Assembly: GCA_963751105.1 (NCBI GenBank)
Contig: CAVVTG010000001.1
Coordinates: 582,344 to 646,343 of the forward strand
DNA length: 64,000 nucleotides
Source of the DNA: an uncultured Thermoleophilaceae bacterium
GTDB taxonomy: Bacteria > Actinomycetota > Thermoleophilia > Solirubrobacterales > Thermoleophilaceae
Direction of reading: 5' to 3'
The number at the start of each line of letters is the position of its first letter. Within the stretch, counting starts at the first letter, position 1. Positions 48,107 to 55,521 of this stretch are shown here, piece after piece. The position numbers and the translations under genes are program-made. Under the pieces are notes generated by a model that searched no databases, was not told the origin of the DNA, and saw only the letters and a program-made list of their open reading frames with translations.

Positions 48107-48943
48107 TCAGAGTCCCTCGGGGTGACGTCCGGTGTAGCCACGGGCGGACCGCATCCGCTCGCTCCAGCGATTGCCGGTGACCTTGCGGGCCGACGTGTCG
48201 AAGCGCAGTCCGGCGACGATCAGGTAGGCGTGCCCGGCGTTGGCGCGCACGGTGACCCACTCGCCGCGCCCGCGCTCGCCCCAGCTCGTGAAGCCGCCGG
48301 AGGCCAGCGGAGAGTCGAGCAGGCCTGCGGCATGAAGCACGTAGCTGACCGACCCGGAGCAGTCGTAGCCCGAGTCGCGCCAGCGGCCGTGTCCGCCGCC
48401 GTACTTGTAGGGCTTGCGCGCGATCCTGTTGCCCGCGGCGATGATGTCCTTGACCTGCTGGGGGGCCGAGGCCGGCGCCACGGCCAGGCCGTCGTCGCCC
48501 ACGTAGCCCTCGTCGCCGGGAGCCTCGGTCACCGGGGTTCCCTCGCCCACGGGGGCGCCCTCCACGTAGCCGGCGCCGCCCTCGGCTGAGCCTCCGGTGT
48601 CGCCCGGGAGGCCGGGGTCCTCGCCGGCCGTCCGCTGAGTGGTGCTGGTGCTCCCGGCGGCGCGCTCGCGCACCAGGCGCTGCTCGGCCCGGGAGGCGCG
48701 ACCGTTGACGCGCTTGCCCTCGGCCGTCTCGAAGGACTTGAGGCTCGTGCGAGTACCACGCCCGAACTCGCCGTCCACGCCGGTCTCGTACCCCGCCCGG
48801 TCCAGGTAGCGCTGCAGCGCGCGTACGTCGGACCCGCTCGAGCCGACGGACAGAGTGCGGGACGCGTAGCTCGCGGCCATCGCGTCGGCGGCCGGGATCA
48901 GGCTGACTGCGGCTGCGGCGAGTACCGGCAGCGTCCTTCGCAT
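48107..48943 (-). CDS. Secreted peptidoglycan hydrolase: PG-binding domain + NlpC/P60 (C40) peptidase
   Basis: It has a signal peptide, PG_binding_1-like GSSGSDVRALQRYLDRAGYETGVDGEFG, and the catalytic YKYGGGH...GYDCSGSVSYVL. Confidence 0.9.
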   Translation of the reverse strand: MRRTLPVLAAAAVSLIPAADAMAASYASRTLSVGSSGSDVRALQRYLDRAGYETGVDGEFGRGTRTSLKSFETAEGKRVNGRASRAEQRLVRERAAGSTSTTQRTAGEDPGLPGDTGGSAEGGAGYVEGAPVGEGTPVTEAPGDEGYVGDDGLAVAPASAPQQVKDIIAAGNRIARKPYKYGGGHGRWRDSGYDCSGSVSYVLHAAGLLDSPLASGGFTSWGERGRGEWVTVRANAGHAYLIVAGLRFDTSARKVTGNRWSERMRSARGYTGRHPEGL

Positions 48944-48963
48944 GCGTAGGTGCTCCTTCTCTT

Positions 48964-49088
48964 CTCGGCGCCTACGGGGTTAGCTGTCGGGCTCGCGCCA
49001 GAAGAGTGGCGCTACACGGCGGATCGCTGTGATTCGCCCCGAACTACCTGGTTCCCCCGCTCCGCGGCCGCCTGGCGACCGTGGACTC
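48964..49088 (-). promoter_or_regulatory. Cyclic-di-AMP riboswitch (ydaO-yuaA class) in the 5' leader of the NlpC/P60 gene
   Basis: The minus-strand leader reads ...GAGCGGGGGAACCAG..GGGGCGAAUCAC....GAGCCCGACAGCUAACCCCGUAGGCGCC. This matches the conserved GCGGGGGACCCA / GGGGUGAAUC / CCCG(A/U)CAGCUAACC(U/C)CGUA(A/G)GCG cores. It is followed by the AGAAGGAG RBS. Confidence 0.75.
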
Positions 49089-49163
49089 GGCTATGGGTTC
49101 CTTGCGGGGCGGCACAGTAGCAGCAGCCTCGACCGGAACCGTCCCGATCGCCAAGCTGTCCCC

Positions 49164-49841
49164 ATGACGCGGCTCGCACCTCTCCTCTGCCTGTTTGCTG
49201 CCCTGGCTCTGCCGGCCTGCGGTGAGGACGACGAGGCCGCTCCATCCAACTCCCAGGGCGTCAGGCAGGTGGCCGCGCTGGGCGACTCCATCACCGCCGG
49301 CACGCCGCGGTGGGATCCCAACCCCGGCATCCGGGCCCAGATCGGCCCCGGGCTCGACCGCCGCAGCCAGTACGGCTACTGGGCGGAACGGGCCCTCCCC
49401 GGGACGAGCTTTCGCAACTGCGGCGTGCCCGGCGAGCGCACCGGCGAGATCGCCGCCCGGCTCGACGACTGCGCTCGCGGCGCCGACACGCTGATCGTCC
49501 AGGGCGGGGTCAACGACCTGGCCCAGGGAGTCGCGCCCGAGGAGGTGGCGGCCAACCTGCGGGCGATGGTGCGCCGCGGCAAGGGCCGGGGCCTCGAGGT
49601 GGCCATCGTCGAGGTTCTACCGTGGAACGGCGGCTACCCGGACGCCGCCGGCGACATCCGCGAGCTCAATCGCCTGATCGCGCGCATCGCGGAGGACGAG
49701 GGCGCCAGGCTGATCCGCTGGTACCGGCTGCTCGAGGACCCCGACCGGCCGGGGCGGATGCGCGAGCGCCTCAACTCCGACAACGCCCACCCCTCGATTG
49801 CCGGCTACCGGCGGCTGGGCGAGGCGGTCCGGCTGCCGTAG
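49164..49841 (+). CDS. SGNH/GDSL hydrolase family lipoprotein
   Basis: The ATG at 49164 gives the lipobox LALPAC. Block I is ALGDSITAG, and GGVND and a C-terminal DNAHP are present. Confidence 0.85.
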   Translation: MTRLAPLLCLFAALALPACGEDDEAAPSNSQGVRQVAALGDSITAGTPRWDPNPGIRAQIGPGLDRRSQYGYWAERALPGTSFRNCGVPGERTGEIAARLDDCARGADTLIVQGGVNDLAQGVAPEEVAANLRAMVRRGKGRGLEVAIVEVLPWNGGYPDAAGDIRELNRLIARIAEDEGARLIRWYRLLEDPDRPGRMRERLNSDNAHPSIAGYRRLGEAVRLP

Positions 49842-50518
49842 GCGAGCTCACGGGCGCGTTCGAATACGGCGTCGGTCATCGGCTCGGTGAGCTTGCCGGT
49901 GAAGGTGTTCTGCTGGCTCGGGTGAAACGAGCCCAGCAGTATCGGGCCCTTCTCCGGCGTGAATTCGGCGGCGTGACCGAAGCGGGGGCGCGGCCGGATC
50001 TCGAGCAGGCGACAGGCGGCCTCCCACGCGAAGGCGCCGAGGCAGAGGATCACGGCCGGGTCGATCAGCTCGAGCTCCTCGGCGGCGTAGGGGAGGCAGT
50101 TGTCACGCTCCTCGGGTGAGGGCCGGTTGGCCGGAGGAGCGCAGCGCACCGCCGCGGAGATGAAGGCGCCACTCAGCTCGAGATCGTCGTCGCGACGGAG
50201 CGAGAACGGCTGGTTGGCGAAGCCCGTGCGGTGCATGGACGCGAACAGCCAGTCACCCGAGCGGTCGCCGGTGAAGAAGCGGCCGGTCCGGTTGGCCCCG
50301 TGGGCCGCCGGCGCAAGACCGAGGACGAGCACGCGGCCGCCGGGATCGCCGAAGCCCGGCACCGGCCGGCCCCAGTATTCCTCGCCGGCGAACGACGCTC
50401 GCTTCTCGCGTGCCACGCGCTCGCGCCACTCCACCAGGCGAGGGCAGCGCCGGCAGGTGGTGATGCGCCGCTCTAGGGCTTCAAGCGCTTGCCGCTGCTG
50501 AACAGATACTGGGCCCAC
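49805..50518 (-). CDS. Uracil-DNA glycosylase superfamily protein, Fe-S type (family 4/5, UdgB-like)
   Basis: It carries CRRCPRL and motif A, VLGLAPAAHGANRTGRFFTGD (the GLAPA type is characteristic of family 5), plus HPSQQN. The only canonical in-frame start that keeps the Cys motif is the GTG at 50518. Confidence 0.82.
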   Translation of the reverse strand: MGPVSVQQRQALEALERRITTCRRCPRLVEWRERVAREKRASFAGEEYWGRPVPGFGDPGGRVLVLGLAPAAHGANRTGRFFTGDRSGDWLFASMHRTGFANQPFSLRRDDDLELSGAFISAAVRCAPPANRPSPEERDNCLPYAAEELELIDPAVILCLGAFAWEAACRLLEIRPRPRFGHAAEFTPEKGPILLGSFHPSQQNTFTGKLTEPMTDAVFERARELAYGSRTASPSRR

Positions 50519-51228
50519 AGGAAGGCCGGCACGGCCAGCGCGGCGGTCACGCCCAGAGAGAGCCAGAACGACACGTCGCTCTCTCCCAGGAAGCCGAAGC
50601 GCACGGCGTTGACCAGGTAGAAGACGGGGTTCGCGTGCGAGAGCTCCTCCCAGGGGGAGGGGAGCACGTCGATCGAGTAGAAGACGCCGCCGACGAAGAC
50701 CAGCGGCAGGATCACGATGTTGTTGATGAAGGTGGTGAAGTCCCAGACCTCGGCGTAGATCCCGACGATCACCCCGAGCGAGGCGAACAGCAGGAGCCCG
50801 ACCGCGATCGCGGCCGCCAGTGCGAAGGGCCGCTCGACCGGCACGCCCACCAGCAGCACGGCCAGCACCAGCAGCGAGCCGCCGATCATCAGCGAACGGA
50901 AGAAGCCGCCCACCAGATAGCCCACGCAGATCTGCCAGCTGGGCATCGGGGCGGACAGGATGTCGTTGATGTAGCGGTCGAAGCGCGCCTGGAAGACCGA
51001 GGAGGAGTTGTTGGCGTAGGCGGCCTGCACCATGCCCATGGTGATCAGGCCGGGCACGATGAACACCTCGTAGTCCACACCGCCGACCTGGTCGATGCGG
51101 CCGCCGAGCGAGAGCCCGAACACGAGGATGAACAGGATCGAGGCGATCACCGGGGCAAGCACCGTCTGGGTCCAGAGCTTCGACACCCGCAGCACCTCGC
51201 GGCGGCATAGCCAGCCGAGCCCCGTCAC
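50473..51228 (-). CDS. ABC-2 type transporter permease
   Basis: It has six hydrophobic segments in an ABC-2 family pattern. The GTG start overlaps the ATPase stop by 4 nt. Confidence 0.85.
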   Translation of the reverse strand: MTGLGWLCRREVLRVSKLWTQTVLAPVIASILFILVFGLSLGGRIDQVGGVDYEVFIVPGLITMGMVQAAYANNSSSVFQARFDRYINDILSAPMPSWQICVGYLVGGFFRSLMIGGSLLVLAVLLVGVPVERPFALAAAIAVGLLLFASLGVIVGIYAEVWDFTTFINNIVILPLVFVGGVFYSIDVLPSPWEELSHANPVFYLVNAVRFGFLGESDVSFWLSLGVTAALAVPAFLWAQYLFSSGKRLKP

Positions 51229-51959
51229 GAGGACATCGCCTTCACGTACACGTCCTGCAGGCGGTCGACGGCGAAGTGCTCACGCAGGCCGTCGGCGGAA
51301 TCACGCGCGATCAGCCGGCCGTCACGGATGAGGGCGATCTCCTCGCACAGCGCTTCGGCCTCCTCGAGGTAGTGCGTGGTGAGCAGGATCGTCGTGCCCT
51401 CGGCGTGCAGCTTGCGGATGTACTCCCACAGCTCGGTGCGAAGCTCGAAGTCCACCCCCGCGGTGGGCTCGTCGAGGATCACCAGGCGGGGCCGGTGCAT
51501 CAGCGCGCGGGCCAGCAGCAGGCGCCGGCGCTGGCCGCCGGACAGCTTGGGGGCGCGCACGTCGCTCTTGGCCTCGAGGCCGAAGATCGAGATCATCTCC
51601 TCGGCTCGTTCTCGGGCTTCCTGCTTGTTCATCCCGAAGTAGCCGCCGTGGTAGGCGAGCGTCTCGCGCACGGTGAGGAAGCGGTCGAGGTTGATGTCCT
51701 GCTCGGCCAGCCCGATCGAGCGGCGGGCCTCCATGCTGTCGTGCGGCTGTCCGAACACGGCGATCTCGCCAGAGGTGACGCGCAGGAGATTGCAGACGGC
51801 GCTGATCAGCGTGGTCTTTCCGGCCCCGTTGGGACCGAGCAGACCGAAGAACGCGCCGGCCGGTATGCGGAGGTCGAAGTTCTCGAGCGCGAGCACGCCA
51901 TCGTCGTAGCGCTTGGTCAGGCTACGAAGCTCGAGAGCGGGATTCTCCTCGCGGAACAC
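51225..51959 (-). CDS. ABC transporter ATP-binding protein (partner of the ABC-2 permease)
   Basis: It has GLLGPNGAGKTT, LSGGQRRRL and ILDEPTAGVD. The GTG at 51959 gives a standard-length N-terminus. Confidence 0.9.
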   Translation of the reverse strand: MFREENPALELRSLTKRYDDGVLALENFDLRIPAGAFFGLLGPNGAGKTTLISAVCNLLRVTSGEIAVFGQPHDSMEARRSIGLAEQDINLDRFLTVRETLAYHGGYFGMNKQEARERAEEMISIFGLEAKSDVRAPKLSGGQRRRLLLARALMHRPRLVILDEPTAGVDFELRTELWEYIRKLHAEGTTILLTTHYLEEAEALCEEIALIRDGRLIARDSADGLREHFAVDRLQDVYVKAMSS

Positions 51960-52086
51960 GACCTTCGAGGCTATCGACGCCCGGGCGGCATCTGGACGCC
52001 ATTCGCCGCGATCGGTTGCGCCCCGACCGCGTGGAGCGATGGTCCCGAAACGCGCCGGCGCTCCGCGCACGCCCGAGCCGCCCGGC

Positions 52087-53076
52087 CTAACCGCCTGACA
52101 GCGAGCGCCCGTACTGGCGCTCGTAGTACTCGCGGTATTCGCCCGAGCGGATCGGGGACCACCAGTCCTCGTTGTCGCGGTACCAGTCCACCGTGCGGGT
52201 CAGGCCCTCCTCGAAGTGCACCTCGGCCTGCCAGCCCAGCTCGTCGCGGATCTTGTCCGAGCTGAGCGAGTAGCGCCGGTCGTGGCCGGGCCGGTCCCGC
52301 ACATACTCGATCAGCGATTCGTCACGGCCGGTGAGCGCGAGGATGCGGCGGACCACGTCGATGTTCTCGCACTCGTCGGGACCGCCGACGTTGTAGGCCT
52401 CGCCAGGACGGCCGCGTTCGAGAACGGCGTGAATGCCCCGGGCGAAGTCCTCGACGTACAGCCAGTTGCGCACCTGAAGACCGTCCCCGTAGACCGGGAG
52501 CGGATCGCCGTTCAGCGCGTTAAGCACGCACAGGGGGATCAGCTTCTCCGGGTACTGGCGCGGCCCGTAGTTGTTCGAGCCGCGGCAGATGAGGGCCTCG
52601 AGGCCGTAGGTGTGGGCGTGGGCGGAGACCAGCAGATCGCCGCCGGCCTTGGTCGCCGAGTAGGGCGACGAGGGATCGAGGGGCGAGACCTCGGTGAACG
52701 AGCCCTCGGGAATGGAGCCGTACACCTCGTCGGTCGACACCTGCAGGTACCGCGACACGCCCCGCTCCCGGGCCGCGTCGAGCAGCACGCTGGTGCCGAT
52801 CACGTGCGTGCGCGCGAACGCGTCCTGGTCGGCGATCGAGCGATCCACGTGCGACTCGGCCGCGAAGTTGACGATCGCGTCGGCGCCCTCGGCGACTTCC
52901 ATCACCAGGTCCCGATCCTCGATGCCGCCCACCACGAGCTCCACCCCGTCGGGCAGGTTCTCGCGCCGGCCCGCGTAGGTCAGCTTGTCGAGCACGGTGA
53001 CGTCGTGGTCGCCCTGGGCGATGCGCACGTAGGTGGACCCGATGAAGCCGGCCGCGCCGGTGACGAGAAGCCTCAC
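52087..53076 (-). CDS. rfbB: dTDP-glucose 4,6-dehydratase
   Basis: It carries MRLLVTGAAGFIGS and YSATKAGGD, with RmlB family length and pattern. Confidence 0.93.
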   Translation of the reverse strand: MRLLVTGAAGFIGSTYVRIAQGDHDVTVLDKLTYAGRRENLPDGVELVVGGIEDRDLVMEVAEGADAIVNFAAESHVDRSIADQDAFARTHVIGTSVLLDAARERGVSRYLQVSTDEVYGSIPEGSFTEVSPLDPSSPYSATKAGGDLLVSAHAHTYGLEALICRGSNNYGPRQYPEKLIPLCVLNALNGDPLPVYGDGLQVRNWLYVEDFARGIHAVLERGRPGEAYNVGGPDECENIDVVRRILALTGRDESLIEYVRDRPGHDRRYSLSSDKIRDELGWQAEVHFEEGLTRTVDWYRDNEDWWSPIRSGEYREYYERQYGRSLSGG

Positions 53077-53089
53077 GCCGGGACCCGCT

Positions 53090-53893
53090 TCACGCCCGCA
53101 CCCCGAGGTACGCGTCCAGGCCCTTCTGCCACGCGGGCAGGCGGACGCTGTCGTATTCAGTTGTCAGTGCGGAGTTCGCCGGTCGCGCGGCGGGCCGCGG
53201 GAACTCCGCGGTCGTGCACGGCTCGAGCCGGCAGTCGACTCCGGACTGGTCGAAGATCTCCTGGGCGAAGGCGAACCACGAGCACGAGCCGCCACCCGCC
53301 AGGTGCCGCACGCCCCGCTCGCCGCCGTGGGCCAGGCGCACGAGACCCTCGGCCAGGTGGCCGGTGAAGGTCGGGCACCCCAGCTGGTCGTCGACCACGC
53401 GAAGCTCGTCTCGCTCATCACCGAGGCGAAGCATGGTGGCGACGAAGTTCGCCCCCCCGGCGCCGAACAACCATGAGCTGCGCACGATGAGGTGGTCGGG
53501 GTTGGCCTCGGCCACCGCCTGCTCACCCGCGAGCTTCGAGCGCCCGTACTCCTGCAGCGGACCCACGGGATCGGACTCGACCCAGGGCTCCCTCTTGGCA
53601 CCGTCGAAGACGTAGTCGGTCGATACGTGCACCACCCGGCCCGCCGACCGGGCCACGTTGGCCGCGCCGTCGCGGTTGACCCGCGTCGCCGTCTCGGCCT
53701 GATCCTCCGCTCCGTCCACGTCGGTCCAGGCCGCGCAGTTGATGACCAGGTCGCCGGGGCCGATCGCCGCCTGCACAGCGTCGAAGTCGGTCACGTCGAG
53801 CTCGGCGCGCGAGAAACCCACCGCGTCGGCGCCCGCCACCCTCATCACGTCCTGCCCGAGCATGCCGCCCGCGCCTGTGACCACCAGCCTCAC
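53090..53893 (-). CDS. rfbD: dTDP-4-dehydrorhamnose reductase
   Basis: It carries MRLVVTGAGGMLGQDV and YGRSKLAGE, in an RmlD pattern. Confidence 0.9.
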   Translation of the reverse strand: MRLVVTGAGGMLGQDVMRVAGADAVGFSRAELDVTDFDAVQAAIGPGDLVINCAAWTDVDGAEDQAETATRVNRDGAANVARSAGRVVHVSTDYVFDGAKREPWVESDPVGPLQEYGRSKLAGEQAVAEANPDHLIVRSSWLFGAGGANFVATMLRLGDERDELRVVDDQLGCPTFTGHLAEGLVRLAHGGERGVRHLAGGGSCSWFAFAQEIFDQSGVDCRLEPCTTAEFPRPAARPANSALTTEYDSVRLPAWQKGLDAYLGVRA

Positions 53894-54957
53894 AGGATCT
53901 GCACGTCCGCGTTGTCGCCCACCACGAAGCGGTACGCCTTGGGCAGCGCCGGCCCGCGGCAGATCGAGACGTTGCGGCCGATCAGGCTGGCCTCGATGCG
54001 GTACTCGAGGTCCGCGATGTGCGAGCCCGACAGGACGATCGAGTGCTCGAGCTCGGCTCGCTCGATCACCACGTTGTCGCCCACGGCGGTATACGGCCCG
54101 ATGTAGGCGTCCTTGATCCGGGTGCCGTTGCCGATGATGGCGGGCCCACGGACGGTGGCTCCCTCGAGCACCGCGCCTTGCTCGATCACCACACGCCCCT
54201 CCACGCGGCTCTGGCTGAGCTCACCCTCCACCCGCTCGGGCAGTTCGTCGAGGATCAGCCGGTTGGCCTCCAGCATGTCCTGCACCTGTCCCGTGTCCTT
54301 CCACCAGCCCTGGACGATGTGCGGGTCCACGCGCGAGCCGCCGTCGACGAGGGTCTGAATGGCGTCGGTGATCTCGAGCTCGTTGCGCCAGGACGGCTCG
54401 ATCGCGCGAGCGGCCTCGAAGATCGCCGAGGTGAACATGTAGACCCCGACGAGGGCGAGGTCGGACTTGGGCTCGGTGGGCTTCTCCACCAGCCGGGACA
54501 CCCGCCCGTCGCCGTTGAGCTCGGCCACGCCGTAGGACTCCGGGTCGGGCACCGGGGTGAGGAGGATGAGGGCGTCCGGCTCCTCTGCGCGGAAGGTGTC
54601 CACCAGCGCCACGATGCCGTCGCGCAGGAGGTTGTCGCCGAGGTACATGACGAACGGGTCGTCGCCCAGGTAGGGCTCGGCGGTGAGCACGGCGTGAGCG
54701 AGCCCGAGCGGAGCGTCCTGCTCGATGTACTCGATCGAGATGCCGAACCGCGAGCCGTCGCCGGCCGCCTCGCGGATCTCGGCGCCGGTCTCCGGCGCGA
54801 TGATTATCCCCACCTCCTCGATGCCCGCCTCCGCCATCGCCTCGATGCCGTAGAACAGGACCGGCTTGTTGGCCACCGGCACGAGTTGCTTGGCGCTCGT
54901 GTGAGTGAGAGGGCGAAGGCGAGTGCCCTTACCGCCGGAGAGGATCAAGCCCTTCAT
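53890..54957 (-). CDS. rfbA: Glucose-1-phosphate thymidylyltransferase, long form (nucleotidyltransferase + left-handed beta-helix)
   Basis: The ATG at 54957 gives MKGLILSGGKGTRLRPLTHTSAKQLVPV. It has C-terminal hexapeptide repeats. The track ORF's 128 upstream codons overlap the next gene. Confidence 0.88.
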   Translation of the reverse strand: MKGLILSGGKGTRLRPLTHTSAKQLVPVANKPVLFYGIEAMAEAGIEEVGIIIAPETGAEIREAAGDGSRFGISIEYIEQDAPLGLAHAVLTAEPYLGDDPFVMYLGDNLLRDGIVALVDTFRAEEPDALILLTPVPDPESYGVAELNGDGRVSRLVEKPTEPKSDLALVGVYMFTSAIFEAARAIEPSWRNELEITDAIQTLVDGGSRVDPHIVQGWWKDTGQVQDMLEANRLILDELPERVEGELSQSRVEGRVVIEQGAVLEGATVRGPAIIGNGTRIKDAYIGPYTAVGDNVVIERAELEHSIVLSGSHIADLEYRIEASLIGRNVSICRGPALPKAYRFVVGDNADVQIL

Positions 54958-55418
54958 CAGTAGGCCCCCGCCAGCTTGCGATGGTCCCAGCTGACCACGC
55001 GAGAGGGAACGAAGGTGAGGCCCACGCGCTTCTGCGCCTGCTGAGCCACCATGGCGCGCACCTCCGCGCCAAGATCGCCCGCGTAGCGCGCGAAGAGGTC
55101 CAGGCCGTACCGCTCGACCGCCGACGGATCGCGGTCCATCTGCACGTCGCACTCGAACATCACGCCGCGCAGCTCGTGGTACTGCACGCCGTCCTCGATA
55201 CCGATCGTGGCCCTCGGATCGCGCTCCAGGTTCTTCGTCTTCTGCGATTTTGCGTAGGTCCAGCCGCGCAATCTCGTGCCTTCGTTGACAAACCAGAGCG
55301 GCACGAGATGAGGCAGGCCGCGAGGGCCGACCGTGGCGCACTGCATGACCATCTGCTCGGCGAGAAAGGCGTCGAGCTCAGCGTCCGACATCTCGATCTG
55401 CTCTCGGCGCGAAGGCAT
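54957..55418 (-). CDS. Pyridoxamine 5'-phosphate oxidase (PPOX)/F420-dependent split-barrel family protein
   Basis: It carries MQCATVGPRGLPHLVPLWFV and YHELRGVMFE. Its stop overlaps the rfbA start by 1 nt. Start is the ATG at 55418 or 55391. Confidence 0.7.
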   Translation of the reverse strand: MPSRREQIEMSDAELDAFLAEQMVMQCATVGPRGLPHLVPLWFVNEGTRLRGWTYAKSQKTKNLERDPRATIGIEDGVQYHELRGVMFECDVQMDRDPSAVERYGLDLFARYAGDLGAEVRAMVAQQAQKRVGLTFVPSRVVSWDHRKLAGAY

Positions 55419-55464
55419 TGGGTCGCGCAGCGTATCCACCGCATCGTTTTCCGGATCTCTGGGT

Positions 55465-55491
55465 AATGGTTCGATGTTTTGACCAACCATT
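55465..55491. promoter_or_regulatory. Palindrome AATGGTT-N13-AACCATT in a low-GC divergent promoter region
   Basis: It is a perfect 7-bp inverted repeat between the PPOX-rfb operon and the carboxypeptidase gene. A TTGACC hexamer lies inside it. Confidence 0.3.
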
Positions 55492-55521
55492 GGGGGGAGA
55501 CCTGATGATCGAGGTATCCAC

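Noticed and set aside
54957-55418. The possibility that the gene upstream of rfbA is the missing rmlC epimerase.
   Set aside because: The sequence shows a PPOX/FMN-binding split-barrel pattern (PRGLPHLVPLWF...YHELRGV). It does not show the RmlC cupin signature.
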